64,000 bases of DNA, from positions 3,438 to 67,437 of the forward strand of contig JAGDYB010000008.1 in assembly GCA_023270055.1 (NCBI GenBank), read 5' to 3'. This document shows, in pieces, positions 54,843 through 63,479 of this stretch. How positions within the stretch are numbered: the stretch's first letter is position 1; every line of letters starts with the position of its first letter. This DNA is from Candidatus Micrarchaeota archaeon (GTDB lineage Archaea > Micrarchaeota > Micrarchaeia > Micrarchaeales > CABMGC01). The position numbers were made by a program, and so were the translations under genes. The notes beneath the pieces are model-generated. The model was not told where the DNA came from. It saw only the letters and a list, made by a program, of their open reading frames with translations, and made no database searches.

Positions 54843-55889
54843 TTATCTGTAATCAACACTGTTTGCCTCCTTCAATATGCGTAACTCCCTATACAAGTTT
54901 TGAGCTATGCCAACTATGTGCGGCCCAACATAATTTTCTCTTCTCATCTCCTCAAGATACGGCTCTATCATCTTGCTATCCTTTTCGATACCTTCTCTAT
55001 CTTTTTTATCATGAGCAGCTGCCACAGCACTCTCCAGGCTAATGACAATCATGTCGACAAACAATGTACCTAAACTTTTATTTGAAAAGCCGTTTTTGGC
55101 ATAGTGCTGCAACATAAGGCTGAGCTCACCAGCCACATCGGCAGGGAAAGCTTCGTTGACATATTCATCGAAAGATGCGGGCAGGAAACGCATGCCGTAA
55201 TCCTCTCTGACCTTCAGATAAATATTGGCAATATCCCTTGAAAATTTTTCCATATCATTGTAATATTTCTCCATATTCTCATAATACTCTGCGCCAGCTT
55301 CACCGTGGCCGTTTCGCTCTACCATTGCCAGGAACGGGACCGGCAAATCCTTAATCTTCATTTTCAAGTCCATGGCGAAAGGCACATACTTGCTTTCCTC
55401 AACAGATTTAATTATGTCTATCGCGGCTAGAGGCAAAAGCACGTTTATGTAGAAGTGAAGGGAGGCTTTGCCATAATCGTGTTTCACATCCCTTCTCGCA
55501 TCGAAAAGCTTCTTGTTTTCAATTAACTCATATATCTGGTATTTGCTGTAAGTTTCCTTTTCACGCTCAATTTTTTCCAATACTGCCTCATAGACCACAC
55601 TGAGCAAAACCTTACCAAGTCCTTCTTCATTCGCATTTACATTTCTTATGGTCTCGCCAACATCCTTAATTATATCCCTTCCGAGAAACGCATTCAACCC
55701 GTCTAGATCACCCAAGAGCCTATCCTCAACAATAAGCGCTGTGGCAAGCATATTGGTTTTTGCCAGTTTTTGGCTTATATCAGGATATACGATGACGTTC
55801 ACTGCGCCTTCATGCTCTCTGATATCCCTCCATTTAATGTAAGCGTGCTCCAGCCTTTCCTTTAGGTTTTCTCTGACAATTTCCATCAT
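54843..55889 (-). CDS. Hypothetical cytoplasmic protein
   Basis: 348 aa. Helical, coding-like composition. No domain recognised. Confidence 0.55.
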   Translation of the reverse strand: MMEIVRENLKERLEHAYIKWRDIREHEGAVNVIVYPDISQKLAKTNMLATALIVEDRLLGDLDGLNAFLGRDIIKDVGETIRNVNANEEGLGKVLLSVVYEAVLEKIEREKETYSKYQIYELIENKKLFDARRDVKHDYGKASLHFYINVLLPLAAIDIIKSVEESKYVPFAMDLKMKIKDLPVPFLAMVERNGHGEAGAEYYENMEKYYNDMEKFSRDIANIYLKVREDYGMRFLPASFDEYVNEAFPADVAGELSLMLQHYAKNGFSNKSLGTLFVDMIVISLESAVAAAHDKKDREGIEKDSKMIEPYLEEMRRENYVGPHIVGIAQNLYRELRILKEANSVDYR

Positions 55890-55932
55890 TTTTATTCTTC
55901 TTTTCTAATATTTAAGCATATCTCCGCTTTTG

Positions 55933-56307
55933 TCACGCTCTCAGTTTTTTGTCCATCGCAAGCGTGAAGACTCTTACGTTTTTAGCCCTAAGCCTTTTCC
56001 GAAGCTCGCTGTCGTTGGTAACAACAGCACAACCCATCTCAGACGAAATCGCCAAAATAGCATCATCTGCATTCTCGTTTGATTCCGCAACGGTTTTGCT
56101 GTTCTTTTCAATAAGTTCAAGCGCAATGCGCGCATGCATCCCTCTCTTGCCTCTTTCTGTCTGCATGCCTTCGAGCTCCCGCAACACTGGCCTAGGCACA
56201 ACCACCTGTGTGCCAGGCATGTCAAATCTTATAATCTCAAACAGATTCATTCCTTTTTCAATACCGAACAGAAGCGAGCTAGTGTCTATCAACACGCAAT
56301 CTGGCAT
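55933..56307 (-). CDS. PIN-domain ribonuclease (Fcf1/Utp24-like)
   Basis: VLIDTSSLLF, VVPRPVLRELE and VVTNDSELRKRL, with acidic residues in PIN positions. No adjacent antitoxin-like ORF. Confidence 0.75.
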   Translation of the reverse strand: MPDCVLIDTSSLLFGIEKGMNLFEIIRFDMPGTQVVVPRPVLRELEGMQTERGKRGMHARIALELIEKNSKTVAESNENADDAILAISSEMGCAVVTNDSELRKRLRAKNVRVFTLAMDKKLRA

Positions 56308-56309
56308 AA

Positions 56310-56351
56310 AATCAATAAATATTTATTACAAATCAATAAATATTTATTACA
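56310..56351. repeat. Perfect tandem duplication of a 21-nt unit containing a 14-nt palindrome
   Basis: The unit aatcaataaatatttattaca occurs twice (56310-56330 and 56331-56351). Each holds the palindrome AATAAATATTTATT. The repeat lies in the divergent intergenic region between the PIN and PAP2 genes. Confidence 0.9.
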
Positions 56352-56377
56352 ACAATTTTAATATTTGACCGGTAACC

Positions 56378-56947
56378 ATGTCTAGCATTTTTTATTCCAT
56401 GAACATGGAAGCGTTTCGTCTTGTAAAAGACATAGCAAGCCCGCAGTTAAATCTCATAATGCACTATCTCGGAATGAGCTATCTGATAGTGCTGCCCGCC
56501 GTCGCACTTTACCTGTATTACAGGAAGGACAGGAACGTAGTCTCGCTCATAGTGGCGTTTGTTCTTCTCTACGTGATCGGCGACACGATAAAGCTCATAG
56601 TCAAGGAGCCCAGGCCGTGCAACGTAGCTGATCTCTCATGGATAAACCAAATAGGATGCGAGAATACTTACTCGTTTCCAAGCAACCACGCAACGGTGCT
56701 AACAGGCATAGCGGCATTTACTAACAAATACAAGTACATAAGAGCGCTTTATATAATATGGCTTCTGCTTGTGCTTTTTGGAAGGGTATATCTTGGCTTG
56801 CACTACCTTACCGATGTCATAGCCGGCGTTATAATAAGTTTGGTGGTGGTTGCGTTCATATGGCCTTTCAGGAAGAATATAAATGGCATTGTAATAAAGG
56901 TGGTGAACAAGATACTGCCTTGGGCAATACCAAAAAGCTGGAAATAG
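56378..56947 (+). CDS. PAP2-family membrane phosphatase
   Basis: KLIVKEPRP, SFPSNH and GRVYLGLHYLTDV, the three PAP2 signature motifs. Confidence 0.88.
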   Translation: MSSIFYSMNMEAFRLVKDIASPQLNLIMHYLGMSYLIVLPAVALYLYYRKDRNVVSLIVAFVLLYVIGDTIKLIVKEPRPCNVADLSWINQIGCENTYSFPSNHATVLTGIAAFTNKYKYIRALYIIWLLLVLFGRVYLGLHYLTDVIAGVIISLVVVAFIWPFRKNINGIVIKVVNKILPWAIPKSWK

Positions 56948-57007
56948 CGAAAGCAATTTATAACTGAATCGGCAATAAATTAACATAAGACAAGAGGATG
57001 CATTGGA

Positions 57008-57412
57008 ATGTCCCTTGACATATATGCTGAACAGCTGCTGCAGAACTGGGAGCATCCGCACAATCGGGGCAAGCTGGAAAATGCCAGCATAAGCTGGCAT
57101 GAAGAAAACACGTCCTGCGGGGACCAGATAACGGTATACATCAACGTTAAAGACGACAAGATTGACGATGTAAAGTTTGAGGGCATTGGATGCACCATAA
57201 GTATGGGCAGTGCAAGCATCACTACAGACTACGTAAAGGGAAAAGACCTCAAATCCATAGAAAAGATGGGGCCGAAAGATGTGATAAAAATAATAGGCGT
57301 TGATCCTGGGCCTTCAAGACTGCATTGCGCGACGCTGGCAATGCGTGCAATAAAGCTTGCAGTGCTTGCCTATGAAAAAAAGAAGCCGGATGCGGATATA
57401 TCCGAGCTATGA
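57008..57412 (+). CDS. Fe-S cluster assembly scaffold, NifU/IscU/SufU-like
   Basis: HPHNRGKLENA, NTSCGDQITVYI, GIGCTISMGSAS and RLHCATLAMRA (three Cys ligands). Confidence 0.88.
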   Translation: MSLDIYAEQLLQNWEHPHNRGKLENASISWHEENTSCGDQITVYINVKDDKIDDVKFEGIGCTISMGSASITTDYVKGKDLKSIEKMGPKDVIKIIGVDPGPSRLHCATLAMRAIKLAVLAYEKKKPDADISEL

Positions 57413-57415
57413 CAT

Positions 57416-58141
57416 TTAGCTTGCGTTCTCCAATGTTATCTCGACTCGCTTGTTGTGCTTGCCTTTGTTTTCGTATTTGCCAAGCACTATGCGCCCTATC
57501 TCCTTTGTGTTCCTTACGTGTGTTCCGCCGTCCGCCTGCTCATCAACGCCGACAATTTCAACAACGCGGACCACATCAAGCTTGCTTATGAGCTCCCTTC
57601 CCGGGGCAGTTCTGGAAAGGCGTGGTATGCTGAGCGCCTCATCTCTGCTGATCTCCTTCACGATTATTTCATGTCCTTCAGCGCTTATCTCATTTGCCTT
57701 TTTTATTATCTCCTCCGCCTTCTCCCTAGTCAAGTCCTGCATGTCGATGTCTATCCTTGCTCTGTCGTCATATATCTGTCCTCCAGTCAGCATGCCCGCG
57801 TTGAAGTACTTTTCAATTATGCCGTCAAGCAGGTGTATTGCAGTGTGCAGGCGCATGTGTGCATACCTCTTCTCCCAGTCAATGTGCCCTTTCGTTTCAG
57901 CTCCAACTTCTATGCCTTGCGTCTTGTCCAGTACGTGAATAACCTCCTCTCCCTCCTTCCTGACGTCTATAACATTGAACCTGTTTCCGTTTATCTCAAG
58001 AAAGCCCGTATCTCCCGGCTGCCCTCCGCCCGTTGGATAGAATGCTGTTTTATCAAGCACAACCGAAGCGCCTTCGACCTTTGTCACTTTTGCCTCGAAG
58101 TCCTTTGCGTATGCATCATGCAAGTAAATTTTTTCTGTCAT
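57416..58141 (-). CDS. alaX: Alanyl-tRNA editing protein AlaX (AlaX-M type)
   Basis: HTAIHLL and GGTHV zinc/editing motifs. 241 aa. Confidence 0.88.
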   Translation of the reverse strand: MTEKIYLHDAYAKDFEAKVTKVEGASVVLDKTAFYPTGGGQPGDTGFLEINGNRFNVIDVRKEGEEVIHVLDKTQGIEVGAETKGHIDWEKRYAHMRLHTAIHLLDGIIEKYFNAGMLTGGQIYDDRARIDIDMQDLTREKAEEIIKKANEISAEGHEIIVKEISRDEALSIPRLSRTAPGRELISKLDVVRVVEIVGVDEQADGGTHVRNTKEIGRIVLGKYENKGKHNKRVEITLENAS

Positions 58142-58213
58142 AAAAAACCACTTAAATCAAGATTATTTGGCTCAAAACAATTATATATGTTTTATGCAAT
58201 GATTATATTGCTC

Positions 58214-58286
58214 AGCCCCGTCGTCTAGCGGCCAAGGACCGCGGGCTTTGGACCCGCGTACATCGGTTCGAATCCGGTCGGGGCTA
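58214..58286 (+). tRNA. tRNA-Gln(UUG)
   Basis: Fold: AGCCCCG TC GTCT AGCGGCCAA GGAC C GCGGG CTTTGGA CCCGC GTAC ATCGG TTCGAAT CCGGT CGGGGCT A. 73 nt, no intron. Confidence 0.9.
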
Positions 58287-58374
58287 TCGATTTTGGCGTA
58301 ACGCGTGGCAGATGATCCTATCAGTACGGCGAGCATAGCAAAATCTATATTCATAGCAGTGCAAATAAAAATGA

Positions 58375-58423
58375 ATGATGACACGAGGTATTTCTGATTT
58401 GTGATGAGCTTAGAGTCATCTGA
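58375..58423 (+). ncRNA. Box C/D sRNA (2'-O-methylation guide), canonical double-guide layout
   Basis: ATGATGA (C) - CACGAGGTATTT (12 nt) - CTGA (D') - TTT - GTGATGA (C') - GCTTAGAGTCAT (12 nt) - CTGA (D). Both spacers are exactly 12 nt. TATA-like AAATCTATATTC lies about 25-30 nt upstream. It sits between tRNA-Gln and the nucleoside phosphorylase stop. Confidence 0.85.
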
Positions 58424-58431
58424 CGAGGCAT

Positions 58432-59148
58432 TCATCTGGTCAATGCCTCGAGAACCACCCTGCCTGCGAGCATTACCGTTTTCTCAAGCTCCTCGTGCGT
58501 GTAAAGCTTTGTGTGTCTTATCACGTTGTCACTTACGACGAGCAGCGCTGCAGTATCAAGCGCTTTTACCTTGCCCAGCATGAACAGCGTTGCTATCTCC
58601 ATCTCCACAACGTCGTTTCCGAATTTGGAAAGCGCTTTAGCAGTCTCATCTTTCAGCGAATAGAATGAGTCAGAGCTGAATGTGTTAGTTATAATATATT
58701 TCACGCCCTTTTCCTTGAGCGCATCGACAAGCTTCTCGGTAAGCTCAAAGTCTGGCGTCTGCGCAAGCGCAAAATTGCCAAGGTCGCTGCCTGCATATTG
58801 CGTTACCGTGCTGCCATGCGCATATGTTGCGCCGCTCACGACAACAAGATCTCCGACCTTTATATCGGGCCTCAATCCGCCGCAAGTGCCAAGCCTCACA
58901 ATTTTTTTGGCGCCAAGCTGAGCAAGCTCCTCTATAACAATAGCTATTGACGGCTGGCCTATGCCATGCGTTGCGAGCGTGACTCTTTTGCCGTTAAACT
59001 TTCCCGTGTACGCCAGAAAACCCCTGTTTTCATTTACTATTTTTGCACTGTCAAGCAGCTTAGACAAAGCCCTTATCCTCGCCGGGTCTCCTCCAACAAG
59101 CACTCTTTCTGCTATATCCCCCTCCTTGGCACGTATATGTATTGGCAT
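58432..59148 (-). CDS. Nucleoside phosphorylase (PNP/UDP family 1, DeoD/Udp-like)
   Basis: GDIAERVLVGGDPARI, TLATHGIGQPSIAIVIEEL and RLGTCGG. I prefer ATG at 59148 (MPIHIRAK...), which avoids overlapping proS. The tracked ORF extends to 59217. Confidence 0.82.
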   Translation of the reverse strand: MPIHIRAKEGDIAERVLVGGDPARIRALSKLLDSAKIVNENRGFLAYTGKFNGKRVTLATHGIGQPSIAIVIEELAQLGAKKIVRLGTCGGLRPDIKVGDLVVVSGATYAHGSTVTQYAGSDLGNFALAQTPDFELTEKLVDALKEKGVKYIITNTFSSDSFYSLKDETAKALSKFGNDVVEMEIATLFMLGKVKALDTAALLVVSDNVIRHTKLYTHEELEKTVMLAGRVVLEALTR

Positions 59149-59159
59149 TAAATCCCCTA

Positions 59160-60623
59160 TCAGTATGATCTTGCGAAGTTTGCCACGTATTTCGCTTTTT
59201 TTCCGCAATATATGCATTTGTCATCCAACGACATTTGGTCTAAAGGCACATTGAGTATCTTTGCCCCGGTCTCCTCCTTTATCTTTAGCTCGCATTCGCT
59301 CTCGCCACACCAAGGGGCAACTAGTATACCCTTCTTTTCCTTTAGAATCTCCTTGAATTTCTCGTAGCTTTTGACCTCATGCATATTGTTTTTTAGAAGT
59401 TTTTCGGCCCTCTCAAGCATGTCCTTTTGCATCTGCTCCATCGCCTTTCCAATGTCCTCCTTTACCTTGCTCGCCTCAATCTTGCTTTTTACGCCGTTAT
59501 CGCGCCTTACCGCGGTCACGAATCTGCCCTCCGCCTCCTTGGCACCTATCTCTATTCTTATCGGCACTCCCTTGAGCTCCCATTCGTTGTACTTGTATCC
59601 TGGCGAGTAGTAGTCCCTGTCGTCAAGCTTGGTCCTGTACTTGGTCTTGAGCTCTGAGTAGATCTGTTGCGAAAACTCAAGAACGGTCCTTTCGCTTCCT
59701 TTTTTCATTATCGGTACTATAACCACTTGTATATACGCTAGGTTTGGAGGCAGTACCAGCCCCTTGTCGTCTCCATGCACAGCTACCATGGCGCCGAGCA
59801 CCCTCGTGCTTATCGCATACGTGTTCTGCCACGCGTATTCATACTTCCCCTCCCTGTTGAGAAACTTTACATCAAAAGCCTTTGAAAAGTTCTGGCCGTC
59901 GTTGTGAAAGTCGGGCCCTTGCAACGCCCAGCCGTCAGGCAGGAGCAGCTCTATGCTGTAGCTGTTTACCGCGCCTGCGAACCTCTCGTTTTCCGTTTTC
60001 CTTCCCACAACGCCCTTCAGCGCGGCAAGCTCCGCCAGCGCCTTTTGGTACACTCCGAGAACGAAATCCCTCTCATTTTCAGCTTCCTCCTTGCTTGCAT
60101 ATACTGTGTGCCCCTCGTTCCACAAGAACTCCCTTGTGCGTATTAGCGGAGTAGGATTTTTGAACTCCCACCTTATCACGTTGTTCCACTGGTTGTACCG
60201 CATTGGGAGATCACGCCATGAGCGTATCCATTTCGCAAAGCTCGGGTACATTATTGTTTCTGATGTGGGTCTCACTGCAAGCCTTTCCTTAAGCTTGGAT
60301 TTGCCCGCCTCTGTTACCCACGCCACCTCAGGGTTGAAGCCCTTGAAATGCGTTTTTTCCCTTTCAAGCAGGCTTTCCGGTATAAGCATTGAAAAATAGA
60401 CGTTTTCTACGCCGTCCTTTACGAACTCGTTGTTTACGAATTCGACTATCTTCTGCCATGCAAAGTAGCTGCTTGGCTTAAATACTACGGTGCCTGAAAC
60501 TATGCCATAGTCTATGAATTCCGACTTTGTAAGAACCTGCGAATACCATTCCGAAAAATTCTCGCTCTTTTTTACAGTTATCCCTTCACTTTTTTCATTT
60601 TCCAAGTTAACACCGCTTAGCAA
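59160..60623 (-). CDS. proS: Proline--tRNA ligase (archaeal/eukaryote-like type)
   Basis: 487 aa. Class II motifs (RPTSETIMY, FLWNEGHT), a C-terminal zinc-binding domain (CGESEC...CIYCGKK) and a terminal Tyr. Confidence 0.92.
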   Translation of the reverse strand: MLSGVNLENEKSEGITVKKSENFSEWYSQVLTKSEFIDYGIVSGTVVFKPSSYFAWQKIVEFVNNEFVKDGVENVYFSMLIPESLLEREKTHFKGFNPEVAWVTEAGKSKLKERLAVRPTSETIMYPSFAKWIRSWRDLPMRYNQWNNVIRWEFKNPTPLIRTREFLWNEGHTVYASKEEAENERDFVLGVYQKALAELAALKGVVGRKTENERFAGAVNSYSIELLLPDGWALQGPDFHNDGQNFSKAFDVKFLNREGKYEYAWQNTYAISTRVLGAMVAVHGDDKGLVLPPNLAYIQVVIVPIMKKGSERTVLEFSQQIYSELKTKYRTKLDDRDYYSPGYKYNEWELKGVPIRIEIGAKEAEGRFVTAVRRDNGVKSKIEASKVKEDIGKAMEQMQKDMLERAEKLLKNNMHEVKSYEKFKEILKEKKGILVAPWCGESECELKIKEETGAKILNVPLDQMSLDDKCIYCGKKAKYVANFARSY

Positions 60624-60666
60624 TTACATAAACACTATGCCGCTTAATCTTTTTAGTGTTAATCTT

Positions 60667-61518
60667 TTAACCCTGCAGCAGAGACCTGAACACAAGCTTT
60701 GCGTGCCCAGCCTCCCTCAGCCGCCTTATTGAGTATGCCACCCATTCTCTTCCAAATGGCACATAGATATAAACCGCATATCCCTTTTCCGCGAGCTTCA
60801 GCGCAAGCTTTGGCCTTATGCCTCTGAGCATGCCGAACATAAGCCTTCTTCTACGCGCCCTGTTAAGCTCTATGGCTTTGTCTATCATCTTCTCATCGTG
60901 GGTAGCAATCATGAACTTTGGCGAATGGTCGAAAAGGTATTCCATCAGCCTTACATAATTCCTATTTCTCTCTTCAGCTTTGTTGAAAGCAACCCTATCG
61001 CTCTCTTTGTACGCCCCTTTGACAAGCCTGATTATTCCCCCTCCGCCCACTATCCTTGCAACATCCTTGTAGCTCCTTTTCAGATTTGCTTGTATGCATA
61101 TGCCTACGTTGTCAAACCTCCTGCGCGCCTTTAGATAAGCTCGAATTGTATGTTCAACGTATCCGGACTCTTCCATGTCAAGCCACAAGAACAAATTTTT
61201 GCGTTTTGCCAATTCTGCAAGCTGCATGTAGTTTTTCAAAAAGAGCCTATTGCTTATCCTGAGGCCCAGCTGGGACGGTTTTGCTGAAATGTCAGCATCA
61301 ACGCCCTGTTGTTGCACCTTGCTCATCACATCTTCATATACTGTCATTACCCTAACTACCTGGTCCTTGGATTCATAGTTCTCTCCTAGGTAATTGATTA
61401 TTGCTTTTTCTCCATTTTTGTTTATCTCTGCCGCCGCCAGAAGCGCATCGTGCACACTGGTGCCAGCTATCCATTTCTTTGCAAGCGGCAGGCCCAAATT
61501 GCTTATAAAAGACATCAT
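60667..61518 (-). CDS. Proline dehydrogenase (monofunctional PRODH family), paralog 2
   Basis: KWIAGTSVHDAL, LWLDMEES, IRLVKGAYKE, IATHDEKMI and YVPFGREWVAYSIRRLRE follow the PRODH barrel motifs closely. Confidence 0.8.
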   Translation of the reverse strand: MMSFISNLGLPLAKKWIAGTSVHDALLAAAEINKNGEKAIINYLGENYESKDQVVRVMTVYEDVMSKVQQQGVDADISAKPSQLGLRISNRLFLKNYMQLAELAKRKNLFLWLDMEESGYVEHTIRAYLKARRRFDNVGICIQANLKRSYKDVARIVGGGGIIRLVKGAYKESDRVAFNKAEERNRNYVRLMEYLFDHSPKFMIATHDEKMIDKAIELNRARRRRLMFGMLRGIRPKLALKLAEKGYAVYIYVPFGREWVAYSIRRLREAGHAKLVFRSLLQG

Positions 61519-62132
61519 ATCCCAAGCCTCAAAAGCTTTGTCTTAAGATCTCTGGCACTCTTGAACAACAGCGAATGCATACCAGCAGCAAGCGCCCCTT
61601 CAACATTGCTTTTCATATTGTCTATGAATAGTATATCGCCTACCTTGACTTTCATTCTCCTTGCTGCTTCAACATATATTCTTTTGTCCGGTTTCCTAAA
61701 CCCTATGTTGCACGATGCAAATCTGTAATCAAACATGTCAAAGTCAAGCAGCCTGCTGAGATATGCATACCTGCACTTGTCTATGTTTGAAAGGAGGCCA
61801 ACAATATAACCTTTGCTTTTCAATTCCTTCGCAATTTCTATCGTCTCAGGATTAGGAGTTGCGTGTTTCCTAAAATAGCCGCACCAGTCAAGCTCTCTGT
61901 CGCTTATGCCAAGCTTTGACGTGGTCTCTTTTACAAACATTTCCTTACTGATCATTCCCCTTTCAAATTTATCCAAATACTTCTCAATGGTAGTATATAC
62001 CTGTTTAACGTCTATCCTCTTGCGCTTTCTCATCATCTCAGCAAGGTATTCTGTGTGCTTGTGTTCCGAGTAGTCTACCAGCACTCCGCCCACATCAAAC
62101 AATATCGCGTCCATGAAATTTCCCTCTGGCAT
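61515..62132 (-). CDS. HAD-superfamily hydrolase
   Basis: AILFDVGGVLV (motif I DxG variant) and LFIDNMKSNVEGA (motif IV region). The start may be ATG 62114. Confidence 0.75.
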   Translation of the reverse strand: MPEGNFMDAILFDVGGVLVDYSEHKHTEYLAEMMRKRKRIDVKQVYTTIEKYLDKFERGMISKEMFVKETTSKLGISDRELDWCGYFRKHATPNPETIEIAKELKSKGYIVGLLSNIDKCRYAYLSRLLDFDMFDYRFASCNIGFRKPDKRIYVEAARRMKVKVGDILFIDNMKSNVEGALAAGMHSLLFKSARDLKTKLLRLGI

Positions 62133-62628
62133 AATATTCTAGAAACGCAATGCTCTTTTCATCCATTATCTGTTTGCTTCTTATCATTCCGAGCGCTTTC
62201 CCTATCTTTATCCTTCTAATGCTTATTATTTCATCCTTATCAAGATGCGTATTGCCCTTGCAAAGTCCGCTTGCCACAAAATGGAAAAATTTCGATTTGC
62301 TCCTGCCAGGAGTTGAATAAGCCACAAATTCTAACTTTAATGTTTTTGCTCTGTAACCGGTTTCCTCTGCAAGCTCACGTTTTGCCGCTTCGGCAGGTTT
62401 TTCGCCCCTATTCAAGTGCCCTGCAGGCAATTCGTAAATGAATTTGCCGAGTACAGGCCTAAAATTCCTTTCAATTAATATCGTGTCATTTTCCAAAATA
62501 GGCAATATCACCGCTACGTCTGGCTCGACAACCTCTGCATATGCGATCTCCTTTCCATTTTTTCTTATTCTTCCCTCTGCCACTGAAAAATCTTTTCCTT
62601 TGTAAGAAACCTTCATACAAAAGCCCAA
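62095..62628 (-). CDS. NUDIX hydrolase (ADP-ribose pyrophosphatase-like)
   Basis: Nudix box GHLNRGEKPAEAAKRELAEETGY. Confidence 0.85.
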   Translation of the reverse strand: MGFCMKVSYKGKDFSVAEGRIRKNGKEIAYAEVVEPDVAVILPILENDTILIERNFRPVLGKFIYELPAGHLNRGEKPAEAAKRELAEETGYRAKTLKLEFVAYSTPGRSKSKFFHFVASGLCKGNTHLDKDEIISIRRIKIGKALGMIRSKQIMDEKSIAFLEYYARGKFHGRDIV

Positions 62629-62664
62629 TCTTTTATAATTTGTTATTTATATATTAAAAATATA

Positions 62665-62807
62665 GGGGTTGTAGCGTAACCTGGCAGCGCAGCAGGCTCC
62701 AGATGTTTTAAAATGTTATGAGCCAAGTGCGATGATGAGGATTTGGAGCGGTGATTCGTGATATCAGGCGTTACCTGCTGGTCGGGGTTCAAATCCCCGC
62801 AACCCCA
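62665..62807 (+). tRNA. tRNA-Trp(CCA) with ~70-nt anticodon-loop intron (about 62703-62772) carrying box C/D guide elements
   Basis: Fold: GGGGTTG TA GCGT AACCTGGCA GCGC A GCAGG CTCCAG [intron] A CCTGC TGGT CGGGG TTCAAAT CCCCG CAACCCC A. The intron contains ATGATGA (62732-62738), the 12-nt spacer GGATTTGGAGCG, GTGA (62751-62754) and GTGATA. The ORF listed at 62643-62936 is spurious. Confidence 0.88.
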
Positions 62808-63021
62808 AACTTTTTCTGCGAAAGCAGCATAAGCAAGCGCAGCCAACAGATAAAGCATAAAAAGGAGAAATAATTTTGGCAAAGCCCAGCAGACAGCAAG
62901 GTATTTATTGTTTTTTAATAGTATCAGCGAGGGCATGCATAAGAACTGTGTGGATTGTTTTAAGCACTTTTTCTAAGTGAATAATAACATCCTCAAACTC
63001 TTATTTCTTGCCTGTAAGTCA

Positions 63022-63474
63022 CTAAGCATTCTGTAATGTTTTCCTTGCAATCTGCCACCAGTCCAATATGTCCTTTTCGGAATCCAACATCTTATCTGGC
63101 AGCTCATTTTTCTTGAACCACGCGTATCCTCTAGATTCGCTGCTAAGCTGTATTCTGGTGTTGCCGCCGATTGATGCAGCATAAAAATAGATGGGCCATC
63201 TGAGCTGCCCAGGGCCTTTGACACTCTTGACACATATAAATGCTAGACTTTTCGGACTAAGAGACATGCCAATTTCTTCTTCCGCCTCCCTTATGCATGC
63301 ATATAGCGGTTTTTCTCCGTGCTTAATTGTACCGCCGACATTACCCCATCCTAAAACAGTTTTCCCTCTTTTTTCCTTCTTACGCCACAGAAGCAGTATT
63401 TCGGAGAAGTCCCTGTTGAACACGCATACGTATGCGCCGCTCCACGACCTTTTCATTTTGTATATATTTTTCAT
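63022..63474 (-). CDS. NUDIX hydrolase
   Basis: Nudix box GGTIKHGEKPLYACIREAEEEIG. 150 aa. Confidence 0.85.
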   Translation of the reverse strand: MKNIYKMKRSWSGAYVCVFNRDFSEILLLWRKKEKRGKTVLGWGNVGGTIKHGEKPLYACIREAEEEIGMSLSPKSLAFICVKSVKGPGQLRWPIYFYAASIGGNTRIQLSSESRGYAWFKKNELPDKMLDSEKDILDWWQIARKTLQNA

Positions 63475-63479
63475 GGTTT

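Noticed and set aside
55933-56307. PIN-domain gene as a VapBC toxin-antitoxin module
   Set aside because: No small upstream antitoxin ORF is present. The sequence resembles the housekeeping Fcf1/Utp24-type PIN found once per archaeal genome rather than a VapC toxin.
57450-58228. 257-aa and 162-aa + strand ORFs opposite alaX
   Set aside because: These are shadow ORFs. The minus strand encodes AlaX with HTAIHLL and GGTHV motifs, and the + ORF also runs into tRNA-Gln.
62755-62780. A second (D-box) guide targeting position 39 in the tRNA-Trp intron, as in Haloferax
   Set aside because: After the C'-like GTGATA there is no CUGA box. The 12 nt that follow (CAGGCGTTACCT) run into the 3' exon and are not complementary to the position-39 region.
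62643-62936. 97-aa minus-strand ORF
   Set aside because: It overlaps the complete tRNA-Trp gene and its intron. The ORFs 22610-22993 (over tRNA-Val), 58181-58435 (over tRNA-Gln and the C/D sRNA), 12548-12871 (over tRNA-Ala) and 14118-14448 (over tRNA-Ser) are rejected for the same reason.
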